46,730 nt of DNA from positions 1 through 46,730 of the forward strand of contig MHWS01000022.1 of NCBI GenBank assembly GCA_001824215.1, written 5' to 3'. Below the pieces are notes generated by a model. That model searched no databases, was not told the origin of the DNA, and saw nothing but the letters and a program-made list of their open reading frames with translations. A program made the position numbers and the translations under genes. The stretch is from Candidatus Zambryskibacteria bacterium RIFCSPLOWO2_12_FULL_39_16 (GTDB lineage Bacteria; Patescibacteriota; Minisyncoccia; Phycocordibacterales; WO2-35-19). Positions 9,465 through 19,484 of the stretch are shown here, piece by piece. Each line of letters starts with the position of its first letter. Position 1 is the stretch's first letter.

Positions 9465-10546
9465 AAATATGCTACTTCGGAATTTATGACCCAGACTTAG
9501 GAAGAAATAAGATTTATATAAAAGGCCTTAAAGAAAATGGGGTGGAAATAATTGAATGCCGAGACACTTCTTGGGGACCTCTTAAATTTATAAAGTTATT
9601 TATTAAACACTGGAAAGTAAGAAATAGTTATGATTACTTGATAGTGGGCTATCCGGGCCATATCCTAGTTTGGCTTGCAAGACTTATTTCCAAGAAGCCT
9701 ATCGTTTTTGACGCATTGTGCACTATGTATGAAGGGGTCATAATTTCTAGACATCAATTTGGGATGTTGAGAATCAAAAGTCTATATATAAAATTTATCG
9801 ATTGGTTTGCGGTAAAATGTGCCGACATTATTTTGGTGGAAAGTGAAAGTCAAAAAAAATATTTTGAAAAAAGATTTGGTAAAAGTCCAAAATACAAAGT
9901 TATTTATATTGGTGCGGATAATGATATTTTTTATAAAGATGACAATATAATAAAAAAAGATAAATTCACAGTAATTTTTAGGGGTAAATTTTTACCGGAA
10001 GCTGGAGTAAAATATATTATTAAGGTAGCCAAGATTTTAGAAAACAAAGAAGTAAATTTTTTAGTTATGGGCAATGGTTTTTTGGAAAAAGAGGTGAAGT
10101 TATTAATAAACGAAATGAGACCAGATAACCTCACTCTCATATCAGAGTACTTAAGTTTTAAAGAAATGAGAGAAAAAATGCTCTCTTCTCATGTTTCTTT
10201 GGGACAATTTGAAGACCACGAGAGGCTCCAGAGAACTATTCCGCATAAATGTTTTGAAACTATGGCTATGGGTTTGCCCTATGTTACAGCTCGTACACCA
10301 GCAATTTCTGAAATACTGAAAGACAGCATAAGCTCTCTTTTTGTAAATGCTGCTGACCCAAAAGATTTAGCTGAAAAAATACTAATATTAAAAAATGATC
10401 CTGGTTTAATGGGTAGGATAGCAGAAAATGGCTATAAACTTTATAAAGAGAGATTTACTCCAAAGAAATTGGCTAAAGATATAATTGATTTGATAAAAAA
10501 TGATGAAAGCGGTATTGTTGCAAAAGTAGATAATAGTAAGATTTAG
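9461..10546 (+). CDS. glycosyltransferase (GT-B, group 1-like)
   Basis: C-terminal HKCFETMAMGLPYVTARTPAISEIL region and a two-Rossmann-domain length. Operon context. Confidence 0.65.
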   Translation: MKICYFGIYDPDLGRNKIYIKGLKENGVEIIECRDTSWGPLKFIKLFIKHWKVRNSYDYLIVGYPGHILVWLARLISKKPIVFDALCTMYEGVIISRHQFGMLRIKSLYIKFIDWFAVKCADIILVESESQKKYFEKRFGKSPKYKVIYIGADNDIFYKDDNIIKKDKFTVIFRGKFLPEAGVKYIIKVAKILENKEVNFLVMGNGFLEKEVKLLINEMRPDNLTLISEYLSFKEMREKMLSSHVSLGQFEDHERLQRTIPHKCFETMAMGLPYVTARTPAISEILKDSISSLFVNAADPKDLAEKILILKNDPGLMGRIAENGYKLYKERFTPKKLAKDIIDLIKNDESGIVAKVDNSKI

Positions 10547-10578
10547 ATTTATAAAAAATATTTTTTAATTTATATCAA

Positions 10579-11628
10579 ATGAAAGTCTTGTTTTTCTATA
10601 ACGGTATTCGTTCGCAGACTATGAAAGATTTTCAAGAAGGCAAAGGTCATGGCGACCATATGGATGGCATGCCTCAACTTAGAAAACTTGGCATTGATAG
10701 TGATTTTCAAGAATTAGAAAAAGTTTATCCTGAATGGATATGTAAAATAATAAGGAAATACGTTCCTATTTATTTTGTGCAAGTTCCCATATTTTGGAAA
10801 ATATTTGGTTACGACATCATAGTTTCATCTAGTGCTTTTGGTATTCAAACGTTATATTCTATATTTAAATTATTTGGTTTAAGAAGACCAAAATGGGTCA
10901 TGTTAGACTGGTCACTGACCGGTCTTTTAAATAAAGGTGGCTTATCAAGCAGAATTTTAAAATGGACAACAAATCATGCTGGAGGCATAGTTACTATAGG
11001 CAAAAAAGAAGAAGATATACTAAAAAAACTTTTCCCTGGAAAACCTATTAAATTTATACCGCTAGGCACTAATACTAATTTTTCGAAACCACAAAATGTT
11101 TCTGAAGAAAACCAAATAATTACAGTTGGCAAAGATCCGGCCAGAGATTATGCCACTCTTTTTGCTGCATGTGATGGTTTAGGTGTTAAATTAATTGCGA
11201 CATCTTCTAGAAAATTGTCGATGATGTCAAAAGTCCCTGATTTTGTTAGTTCTAAATATTATACAGATAGTGAACTTTTGACTGAATATTCTAAATCAAA
11301 AATAGTTGTTTTGCCTCTAGATATTAAAGACGGCTTAAACGAAACTGCCGGTATTTCTACTTTAGTCCAAGCTATGGCTATGGGTAAAGCCATAATCATA
11401 ACTCGTACTGACACTACAGAGTCATATATAACTCACGGAGAAAACGGTTTTCTTGTGAAAACAGGGGATGTAGAAGAGATGAGATTTCTTATAGTTAGGC
11501 TTCTTAAGAATGATAAAGAAAGAATAGAAATTGGTAGAAAAGCACGGGGGTTTATTTTAAAAGAATGTACATCAGAAATTTTTGTAGAAAGACTAGCTAA
11601 ATTCTTTACTAAAGTCAATAAAAGTTAG
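10579..11628 (+). CDS. glycosyltransferase (GT-B, group 1-like)
   Basis: GISTLVQAMAMGKAIIITRTDTTESYITHGENGFLV motif. Last gene of the + arm. Confidence 0.7.
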   Translation: MKVLFFYNGIRSQTMKDFQEGKGHGDHMDGMPQLRKLGIDSDFQELEKVYPEWICKIIRKYVPIYFVQVPIFWKIFGYDIIVSSSAFGIQTLYSIFKLFGLRRPKWVMLDWSLTGLLNKGGLSSRILKWTTNHAGGIVTIGKKEEDILKKLFPGKPIKFIPLGTNTNFSKPQNVSEENQIITVGKDPARDYATLFAACDGLGVKLIATSSRKLSMMSKVPDFVSSKYYTDSELLTEYSKSKIVVLPLDIKDGLNETAGISTLVQAMAMGKAIIITRTDTTESYITHGENGFLVKTGDVEEMRFLIVRLLKNDKERIEIGRKARGFILKECTSEIFVERLAKFFTKVNKS

Positions 11629-12329
11629 GAAGACTTAATAAATAAAGAATCTTCCGAGATTACTTGCCCTGTTTTTTTGTTTAACTTTTCTTGTAGATTT
11701 CCTTTATATACAAAACCCAAAGATTTTATCTTCTCGTAAATATCATCAAAAAAAGGCTGGCCTTCGTATAGTTCTATGAAGGAGTTTTCAATTAAAACTA
11801 TCTTAGCTTTTTTAAATGTTTCTATGCCTCCAGCGATGACTTTGTCTTCAAATCCCTGGACATCAACCTTTATTAAGGTTTCTTTTTCTAAAGATATGGA
11901 ATTGATGATATCATCAAGCTTTCTTATTTCTATCTGCTCTGGTTTGCTTTCTTTTGTGTGAGGGAAGAGTTTCTTATGTGCGTCTGCCATCTCTAAAATT
12001 GAAGAGCTCGGAGTATAGGAGCTTCTGTTCATTTTTATGGTTTCATTTTTATCTCCCAAAGCAAAATTAAAAGCCTCAAAATTTTTGTCTGTTTTCATAT
12101 TTTCATTCAATTGTTCAAAGCATTCCTTTATTGGTTCAAAAGAATAAATTTTAACTTCAGGTAATACTTGTCTTATTTCCTTGGCAAACTGTCCAACATT
12201 GGCGCCTATGTCTAACACCGTTTTAATACCAAAAGTTTGTAAATAATAAAATTTATCCGGCCTGGGGCTATATTTATGAATATCCAAGCCGAATTTTTGT
12301 ATAAATCTCCGAAAATACTTATGTATCAT
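11625..12329 (-). CDS. FkbM-family methyltransferase
   Basis: VLDIGANVGQF, IYSFEPIKECF and LIKVDVQGFEDKVI (Methyltransf_21 pattern). Confidence 0.8.
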   Translation of the reverse strand: MIHKYFRRFIQKFGLDIHKYSPRPDKFYYLQTFGIKTVLDIGANVGQFAKEIRQVLPEVKIYSFEPIKECFEQLNENMKTDKNFEAFNFALGDKNETIKMNRSSYTPSSSILEMADAHKKLFPHTKESKPEQIEIRKLDDIINSISLEKETLIKVDVQGFEDKVIAGGIETFKKAKIVLIENSFIELYEGQPFFDDIYEKIKSLGFVYKGNLQEKLNKKTGQVISEDSLFIKSS

Positions 12330-12335
12330 AGAACA

Positions 12336-12344
12336 AGTATATCA
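12336..12344 (-). promoter_or_regulatory. extended -10 box TGATATACT (minus strand), 6 nt upstream of the ATG at 12329
   Basis: Reverse complement of 12336-12344. Confidence 0.45.
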
Positions 12345-12364
12345 AACTTTGTATGATTAAAATG

Positions 12365-13279
12365 TTATTTGTCACTTTTTATTATAGAGATAAGTTCTGA
12401 TATGGTGCACAAAGGAACGTCTTCTATATAATCTTCGTGAGATTTTTCTCCAGATGTAGCTCCTGTTATCTCTATTTTTGAATTTTTGTTACCTTTGATC
12501 TTCAAAAATGCAGTAGCTAGGTCTTCTAGTTTATATTTTTTTGTATAGTTAAGCGGGTAGTGTTTTTTATCTGTTGTTATGTTACCAGAAAGCCCTACAT
12601 TTACTACAAAATTTGCCGCATCTTTCAATGTCACAAAGTATCTAGTCATTTCTGGATCCGTAACCATTATTTTATTGAATTTTTTTAGTTGTTGTGCCCA
12701 TATGTCAGTAACAGAACCACGAGAATCTAAGAGATTTGGGCATCTGGTGACGAAATAAGTATTTTTATTGTAAAGATTATTACTTTCATCAACCAAGTAT
12801 TCTCCAAGAAGTTTTGTCGCTCCATAACAGTTCATGACTCCAATTGCTTTATCCGATGAAATGTGGATAAATCTTTTGACAGAGGAACTTGAATCAAGTA
12901 GGTTTATAAGCCCAAGAACGTTTACTCGGTAGGCTTCTCGGGGGTTTTGTTCAGCTAGAGATACGTGTTTAATTGCTGCAGCGTGGAAAATAACATCTAC
13001 TCCTTTCATAAGGTTCTCGACGGTTTCTTTGTGAGTTATATCTCCTAATTTGAATTTAACAAATGGGGAATCTATATCTATTCTGGCTTGTGTTATAAGA
13101 GCCTCATCTCTACTTACGGAGATTATGTTTGTGGCTCCATCGGAGAGTAGTTTTTTAATGATATTTCTACCAAGAGAGCCACTACCGCCAGTTATAAGAA
13201 ATTTTGTATTTATAACGTCGATTCTTCTAGTGTCCCTTTTTATATCTGAATTATCTATTTTCTTCTTATTTATGGGCAT
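12365..13279 (-). CDS. NAD-dependent nucleotide-sugar 4,6-dehydratase/epimerase, CapD/PseB (Polysacc_synt_2)-like
   Basis: FLITGGSGSLG Rossmann motif, HAAAIKHV and YGATKLLGE (Y-x3-K). Confidence 0.8.
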   Translation of the reverse strand: MPINKKKIDNSDIKRDTRRIDVINTKFLITGGSGSLGRNIIKKLLSDGATNIISVSRDEALITQARIDIDSPFVKFKLGDITHKETVENLMKGVDVIFHAAAIKHVSLAEQNPREAYRVNVLGLINLLDSSSSVKRFIHISSDKAIGVMNCYGATKLLGEYLVDESNNLYNKNTYFVTRCPNLLDSRGSVTDIWAQQLKKFNKIMVTDPEMTRYFVTLKDAANFVVNVGLSGNITTDKKHYPLNYTKKYKLEDLATAFLKIKGNKNSKIEITGATSGEKSHEDYIEDVPLCTISELISIIKSDK

Positions 13280-13289
13280 AATTTATTGA

Positions 13290-13318
13290 ATACTAATATA
13301 AATAAAAAGATATTGCAA
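13290..13318 (-). promoter_or_regulatory. sigma70-like promoter TTGCAA-17 nt-TAGTAT (minus strand), with the -10 box 10 nt upstream of the ATG at 13279
   Basis: Reverse complement of 13290-13318. Confidence 0.45.
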
Positions 13319-13349
13319 ATGAGATGGAGATGTATATCGGACCCACTTT

Positions 13350-14537
13350 TTATGTGGAATTCTCATCATTTATCACTTTCGAATAGAGAATCTCATGTTC
13401 GTCTACCATCTTTTGTAATGAATGATGTTTGACAATGTTATCTCGACATCTTTGGCCTAAAATCTTTTTTTGATCAGTACTCAAAGAAAGCATATAGTCT
13501 ACTCCTTTGCGTAAATCTACTATGTTTTCATATTCTGCCACATATCCTAAATCTTTAATAGCCTCTGGAATGCCACATGTATTAAAAGAGACTATGGGTA
13601 AGCCACATGACATCGCTTCCAATACTGCTAGCGCGAGATTGTCTCCAAGCGATGGATATAGTAGAAAATTAGATGCTGAGTAGTATTTAGCAAGCAAATT
13701 CTCATCTTCAATATATCCAGTTTCGTGGACATTAGGATTGCTCTTTATTTTTTCCTCATCTTTCTTGCCACCGATTGCTACAAATAATATATCTTTGTTT
13801 TCGGAGTAGTCTAATATCATTTTTTTTACATAATCCGATCCTTTCAGTTGGTGGCTGAGTCCGTGACCAGCTATGAAAAGTATTATTTTTTTATCTTTCG
13901 GTAAGCCGAGTTCTTCTCTTGATTGGTTCATTTCAAAATCTCTGAATTTATTAGTATCTATACTGCAATTTATCAAATGCATTTTTTGGTTATTTATAAT
14001 ACTTTTCTTTAATTGGTTCATGATCCATTCTGATTGGACTACTATATCAAAAGTAGAAGTTTCGTACACTTTTTTCTTTTCATTCAGCAGATGATTTCGG
14101 TTATCCCAAAGGAATCCCAAAACTCTTCGTGGCTTATCTTGTCTGCAACCATAAATATTAGTACAACCTGAAGTAATCGGCCACAAATCATGGATAGTCC
14201 ATATCACTTTTTTTTCTCGAGTCATTCTTTTAAAATCAGCCCAATTAAAAAAACCACTATGTATATTGTGACAATTGATTATATCAGCGTCCTGATACTC
14301 CTTTGTCTTAAAAATCATTCCACTTTTTGCAAATCTCAGATCATTTGCGAATATTTTTGACAAGCGATAATAAAGACGATTGAGAGGTATTTTATGCACG
14401 TCAGGATCATTAGAATATTTATATCCTACAAACATTGAAACTGTGTGACCTTTTTTTCTAATACCATCCATAATATTATATGGTATTTTCGACCCACCAC
14501 CCCTAGTATCTATTGTACTTATTGTGAGTATATTCAT
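13350..14537 (-). CDS. glycosyltransferase family 4
   Basis: N-terminal ILTISTIDTRGGGSKIPYN and C-terminal LGDNLALAVLEAMSCGLPIVSFNTCGIPE. Confidence 0.8.
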   Translation of the reverse strand: MNILTISTIDTRGGGSKIPYNIMDGIRKKGHTVSMFVGYKYSNDPDVHKIPLNRLYYRLSKIFANDLRFAKSGMIFKTKEYQDADIINCHNIHSGFFNWADFKRMTREKKVIWTIHDLWPITSGCTNIYGCRQDKPRRVLGFLWDNRNHLLNEKKKVYETSTFDIVVQSEWIMNQLKKSIINNQKMHLINCSIDTNKFRDFEMNQSREELGLPKDKKIILFIAGHGLSHQLKGSDYVKKMILDYSENKDILFVAIGGKKDEEKIKSNPNVHETGYIEDENLLAKYYSASNFLLYPSLGDNLALAVLEAMSCGLPIVSFNTCGIPEAIKDLGYVAEYENIVDLRKGVDYMLSLSTDQKKILGQRCRDNIVKHHSLQKMVDEHEILYSKVINDENST

Positions 14538-15343
14538 GCTGTCTCTATTATTTTTTTAAATTCTTCAAGATCGCAATTTCTGATGTTTATCCTCGGCACA
14601 GCAAACAATTTTGAAAAATTAAACACTTTTTCTTTTTTAGAAGATACCGCTGATATAAAATCGGCATTTTTTACCAACCTGGTGGTTTCTGAAGTAAAAG
14701 AATCTTTTGAACCAAATGGATAAGCAAATAGAGAAATATTTTTATTCACAATTTCTTCCAATCTTTTTTTGCTCAACATTATTTCTTCTTCTTGCTTCTT
14801 TTTATCCAATTTAGCCATATTGGGATGGGTCATTGTGTGGGCTCCTATATCTATGAGAGGGTGTTCCGCTAGCTTTATTAATTCTTCTTTGGTAAGACAA
14901 CGGCCTCTGTCTTTGATTTCTGTCCCTTTTTCCCAATAAAATGACTCAGGCAATCCAATACTTCCGACTGTCACAAATATTGTAGCTGGAACGCCAAATT
15001 TTTCGAGGATAGGCAACGCTGCATGAAGTGTATCCGCATAGCCATCATCAAATGTAATTGCGACAGAACCACTTTTTATTTGACCATCTGCAAGATCTTG
15101 AATAACCTCGTAAAGTGGCACTATGTTGAAATTCTCTTTCAAATACTTTATTTGTTCTTTGAAGTTTTTTGGAGAAACACAAAGTTTGTGTGGGTCGCTG
15201 CCAACATCTGCCACTCTGTGGTAAATCAGTACTATGTTGCTATTAAAAATTAGTTTTAAAATTTTTTGCAGGAAATATTTATATCTGTTGTGACAAAATT
15301 TAATAGCGTCATATAAGCCAATCTTTTTTAAAAAACTCTTCAT
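14534..15343 (-). CDS. polysaccharide deacetylase (NodB / CE4 family)
   Basis: NodB motifs ITFDDGYADT, GAHTMTHP and FAYPFG. Confidence 0.85.
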   Translation of the reverse strand: MKSFLKKIGLYDAIKFCHNRYKYFLQKILKLIFNSNIVLIYHRVADVGSDPHKLCVSPKNFKEQIKYLKENFNIVPLYEVIQDLADGQIKSGSVAITFDDGYADTLHAALPILEKFGVPATIFVTVGSIGLPESFYWEKGTEIKDRGRCLTKEELIKLAEHPLIDIGAHTMTHPNMAKLDKKKQEEEIMLSKKRLEEIVNKNISLFAYPFGSKDSFTSETTRLVKNADFISAVSSKKEKVFNFSKLFAVPRINIRNCDLEEFKKIIETA

Positions 15344-16452
15344 TTTGAATGTTTCAGTATGATATCTACGATTCTCTGGCTTGCCTTGCCATCATTTAAG
15401 GGGATATCTTTGATTAAATTACGATTTGTGTTTATTGATGTTTTTATTTTTTTCATAAGATTATCTATTTCTCCAATGGGATGAAGCATATTAGCGCCAG
15501 ATTCTATAGTGCTTGGCCTCTCAGTCGATTCTCTCAAAGTTATGGTGGGAACCTTTAGAAAGGCGGCTTCTTCTTGTATGCCGCCAGAATCAGTGAGGAC
15601 GAGAGAGCTGTTTTTTACAAGCTTTACAAAATCTATATAGCCCATGGGTTCCGTTAAGATGTGCCCTTTCAAGGCAAGAACTTCTTCTAAAAAGTTGTGA
15701 TATTTGAAATTATTTCTAGTGCGCGGGTGCATGGGAAATACAATTTTTAATCCAGTTGATTTTATAACTTTTTCGAGTATTTCTTTAATAAGAAGCAATT
15801 TTTCTTTTGTGTCTACATTTATCGGCCTATGCATAGTTACTACTATGTATGATTTATCTGTGAGACCAGTTTGTTCTACAATTGGCGAAAGGTCTATTTG
15901 AGGCATCATGAATATCAAATTATCTATCATTACATTGCCGGTAAAAAATATTTTTGATTCATCGATTCCTTCTTTTTTCAAATTATTTATACCAGATTGT
16001 TCGGTTACAAAAAGTATGTCTGATATCTGATCTATAACTATTCTATTTATTTCTTCTGGCATACTCTTATCTCGGCTACGAAGCCCCGCTTCTACATGAG
16101 CCACTCTGATATTTGCTTTGTGGGCCGCCAAGGCGGCTGCCAAACTTGAGTTAACATCACCGACCACAACAACCAGATCTGGTTTTTCTTTTAAAAATAC
16201 CTTTTCTAAGCCGGATATTATACTTGATATGGAAGAAATGGGAGTCTTTTTATCTAAATTCAATACATAGTTTGGGTTGGGTACATTAAGAGAGCGCAAA
16301 AACATTCCTGACATATTGTCATCTGAATGTTGGCCGGTGTGCACAAGTACTGAGTCTATTTGTGGGTATTTTTTGTAGATACGAAAAAGAGGGGCTATTT
16401 TCATGAAATTCGGCCGGGCTCCGACAATATTGAGTATTTTTATTTTTTTCAT
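15340..16452 (-). CDS. wecB: UDP-N-acetylglucosamine 2-epimerase (non-hydrolysing)
   Basis: VGARPNFMKIAPL, VHTGQH, VVGDVNSSLAAALAA, AHVEAGLRS, TDSGGIQEEA and TERP motifs. Confidence 0.9.
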   Translation of the reverse strand: MKKIKILNIVGARPNFMKIAPLFRIYKKYPQIDSVLVHTGQHSDDNMSGMFLRSLNVPNPNYVLNLDKKTPISSISSIISGLEKVFLKEKPDLVVVVGDVNSSLAAALAAHKANIRVAHVEAGLRSRDKSMPEEINRIVIDQISDILFVTEQSGINNLKKEGIDESKIFFTGNVMIDNLIFMMPQIDLSPIVEQTGLTDKSYIVVTMHRPINVDTKEKLLLIKEILEKVIKSTGLKIVFPMHPRTRNNFKYHNFLEEVLALKGHILTEPMGYIDFVKLVKNSSLVLTDSGGIQEEAAFLKVPTITLRESTERPSTIESGANMLHPIGEIDNLMKKIKTSINTNRNLIKDIPLNDGKASQRIVDIILKHSK

Positions 16453-17573
16453 ATTAAAGTTCGTATGGTCTGCATATAACTCTTGACCATATTGTCCAAA
16501 TTGTAAGTGTTTGTAATCAGATTCTTTGATTTTTGACCCATAGATGGTAATTTCTCCACATCAGAGAAAGCTATTTCCACTTTGTTTTTTAAATCCTCTA
16601 CAGTACCATTAAAATACCACCCGTTGATACCATTCTCCAATATATCTTCCTCGGTTCCATCTGCGTGAGTATAAATGATTGGCAACCCGACTGCCATAGC
16701 AGTATTGAATCCAAGACCTCCCAAGCCGGGCATCACAAAGATGGAAGCATCAAATAAAGCCTTTGCCATATCTTCATCTTTATAGATCGGTCCCAGAAAC
16801 TTAATTCTGTTTTCTATATTGAGTTCAGTAACAAGTTTTTTTAGTTTCTCTTCTTGTGAACCCTCGCCGATTATTAAGAGATTAATATCTGCCGGAATTT
16901 TTGCTTCTGCAAAAGCTTTTATAAGAATATCCACTCTCTTGCGTTCGGATAGCCGGCCAGCAAAAGCAATATTATTGCCGCGGGTATTTCCGGCTTTTGT
17001 AAATTCTTTATAAGCGTCGGATAAAATTTTAGTGTCTATGGCATTTTGAGCCACGAATATTTTTTTAAGCGGGACGCATTTTGTTATGTGGAGATATCTT
17101 CGGGTGTGATTTGAGTAGGTGATAAAGCCGTCAACTTTTCTGTGAGCAATTATATCTTTGATTTCTCTACAGATTCTCCACGGTAAAAGATTTTTTATTA
17201 TTTCAACATACATATTTCGCACCATATAACCATCACAGCCCATCCACAAAGTCCTTAAGCCCATCTCTTTGAATGCGGAGTACGTATTTTTGTCGAGTGT
17301 ATATGTTCTAAGAGCGGTGCCAAAAGATATCAGGACGTCAGGTTTGTACTCTCTGATTGTATTTATAAGTTCCGGATGAAAAGGTCCTTTTTTTTCCTCA
17401 ATGAGCCGTACCGATGCAAAAGGCAGGTTTTCTTTGACATCATGCAGCCCGTCAACTTTTTTGTCTTTGCTTAAAACAACTAACAACTCAACTTCTTTTG
17501 ACAATCTCTCAAAGAAGGGGACTCTGTAGTGGGGCATAACATATTCTTCAAATATAACTCGGGGTTTCTTCAT
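16449..17573 (-). CDS. glycosyltransferase family 4
   Basis: PGLGGLGFNTAMAVGLPIIYTHADGTEEDIL motif. 4-nt overlap with wecB. Confidence 0.8.
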   Translation of the reverse strand: MKKPRVIFEEYVMPHYRVPFFERLSKEVELLVVLSKDKKVDGLHDVKENLPFASVRLIEEKKGPFHPELINTIREYKPDVLISFGTALRTYTLDKNTYSAFKEMGLRTLWMGCDGYMVRNMYVEIIKNLLPWRICREIKDIIAHRKVDGFITYSNHTRRYLHITKCVPLKKIFVAQNAIDTKILSDAYKEFTKAGNTRGNNIAFAGRLSERKRVDILIKAFAEAKIPADINLLIIGEGSQEEKLKKLVTELNIENRIKFLGPIYKDEDMAKALFDASIFVMPGLGGLGFNTAMAVGLPIIYTHADGTEEDILENGINGWYFNGTVEDLKNKVEIAFSDVEKLPSMGQKSKNLITNTYNLDNMVKSYMQTIRTLI

Positions 17574-17584
17574 AATGGCAGACC

Positions 17585-18295
17585 TTAATTTTTATAAAAA
17601 AGAACATTACGGTTATCTACAGCATACTGGCGAAACCCAAAAGAAATCATTTTTTGAATGCATCGGTCGGCATCAGCTCTGGAATAATTGGTGCAATGAT
17701 GATGGAATTCAACAAAAATCTGGCCATATTTTGAAACATTTTCCTTTTTTAGATTTTGTATAAGCTCGAATTCTGCTCCTTCCAAATCTAGTTTTATATA
17801 TTCAATACGCCTCATGTGCAAAAAATTCGGTAATTGTGCCATGCTTACAGATTTTACTTCATATCTTTCAGTCGGGTCGTTCATTATATTTCTATGATTG
17901 TCCAAAAGCGAACCGCTTACATTACTTTTACTTTCATTAAAATATATATTGCCATCAATTGAGCTTATGGCAATTGATTGATGAGTAAATCGCCCGTTTG
18001 TATTTCTCGATATTTTTTTGAGGCTTTCTTCGTGTTTTTTTGTTGGGTCAATACCAATTGACTTAAGTCCATATTTTTTAATCATATATACCGAGAAGTC
18101 TGCATCAAAACCGCATCCGACATCCACAATAATACTTTCTTTATCAAAAACTCCACGATAGAGGCAGTTTGGTGCAACAAAATGAATGTCTTGCATTTTG
18201 CCCATATTTTTTTTATACTCTGTTTTTAATTGCCTAAGAATGTCAAAAATAGACGAAAAAATACTGGCGTATTCTTTTTTTATTTTTTGTACCAT
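17585..18295 (-). CDS. FkbM-family methyltransferase
   Basis: IVDVGCGFDADFS and YIKLDLEGAEFELI motifs. Confidence 0.75.
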   Translation of the reverse strand: MVQKIKKEYASIFSSIFDILRQLKTEYKKNMGKMQDIHFVAPNCLYRGVFDKESIIVDVGCGFDADFSVYMIKKYGLKSIGIDPTKKHEESLKKISRNTNGRFTHQSIAISSIDGNIYFNESKSNVSGSLLDNHRNIMNDPTERYEVKSVSMAQLPNFLHMRRIEYIKLDLEGAEFELIQNLKKENVSKYGQIFVEFHHHCTNYSRADADRCIQKMISFGFRQYAVDNRNVLFYKN

Positions 18296-18296
18296 A

Positions 18297-19484
18297 TTAT
18301 CCTAAAAGAGAAAATTCCGGATTGTTTTTCAACAGCAAAGCATCTATAAAAAATTTTGTGGCCCAATTTAACATAGTAAAACTAGCATATTCTCCGCCAA
18401 AAGGATAGGAACCGGCTATACCACCAGTGATTTCTGGATGGGAAGAATTAATAATTTGAGTTTCTTTTATCTGGTCTATAATGCACAAGGCTCTAGACCT
18501 AAAATGTTCCTCGTTTGTTATGTTCCAAATTTTTAGCCACGTAATAGCAATTTGTGCGTCTCCAGTTAAACAGGTGTAATCATCTTTTGATTGCCATTTT
18601 TTATCAAAGGTGCCTGGCAAATAATCAAAATTGTTATTTTTTTCATTTTCATAATATCGAAGTATCTTAAGAGAAGTTTTGTAGGCAGATTGAAATATCT
18701 TGTCTGATTCTAGAAGTGACGCACTCTCAATCAGTCCTTGTATAGTATAGGCAATCAAATGGGTCCATGGTTTGGATGGATTAGAAAGACTTGTATTTTC
18801 AAACCAACCATTTTCATTTTGCTGTGCTAAAACCCATTCAATATTTTTTTCTGCCGCTTCTTTGTATTTTTTGTTGCCAGTCCTTTTATAAACTTCTAAA
18901 AGAGACCACGCCACCCTGGAATGGTAAGTGCGGGCTCCTGCTGTAGTGAATTGTTGCCATGAACCATTATTTTCCTGTATTGACAAGAGCCATTCTGCTG
19001 ATTTGATTACCGCTTTCAGATATTTTTCTTCTCCTGTATGGTCATATAGCGAGCAAAGACCAAGCATAACTTGTCCAGTATTAAAAACTTTTTTTCTTAT
19101 TTGGCCAGAAATGGTTTCCTCTCCGTATGAACCATCATTAAGTTGCTCTTTCAGCTCCCATTCTCCCATTCGCAAAGCCCTCTCTTCAAATTCTTTTATG
19201 CCGCTTTTTTTTGAATAATTTATAAAGGTGGGGATAATATATCCGGTAGTCTCTCTGTATGGCTTGCCCCATGATTTTTTATCAAGATTATATAAGGAAA
19301 GAATTCCGTCGCATTTTGATTCGTCTTGGGCCAAACATAGCCACGCCATAGCCGCTTTTAGGTGAATTTCTTCGTTTGAAGCTTTTCGAGTAGACCTAAG
19401 TTCTGGAAAATTTAAATAAACCAACAGGCTACTTTTAACCTGGTGCATTTTTGATGCTATTTTTCTCAAAAAAACCGATTTCAT
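18297..19484 (-). CDS. QW-repeat (prenyltransferase / terpene-cyclase-like alpha/alpha toroid) protein of unknown function
   Basis: Start re-called at the ATG at 19484 (MKSVFLRK), which forms an ATGA overlap with the stop of the upstream gene. QW-like repeats are SAEWLLSIQENNGSW, IEWVLAQQNENGWF and GEWELKEQLNDGSYG. Confidence 0.55.
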   Translation of the reverse strand: MKSVFLRKIASKMHQVKSSLLVYLNFPELRSTRKASNEEIHLKAAMAWLCLAQDESKCDGILSLYNLDKKSWGKPYRETTGYIIPTFINYSKKSGIKEFEERALRMGEWELKEQLNDGSYGEETISGQIRKKVFNTGQVMLGLCSLYDHTGEEKYLKAVIKSAEWLLSIQENNGSWQQFTTAGARTYHSRVAWSLLEVYKRTGNKKYKEAAEKNIEWVLAQQNENGWFENTSLSNPSKPWTHLIAYTIQGLIESASLLESDKIFQSAYKTSLKILRYYENEKNNNFDYLPGTFDKKWQSKDDYTCLTGDAQIAITWLKIWNITNEEHFRSRALCIIDQIKETQIINSSHPEITGGIAGSYPFGGEYASFTMLNWATKFFIDALLLKNNPEFSLLG

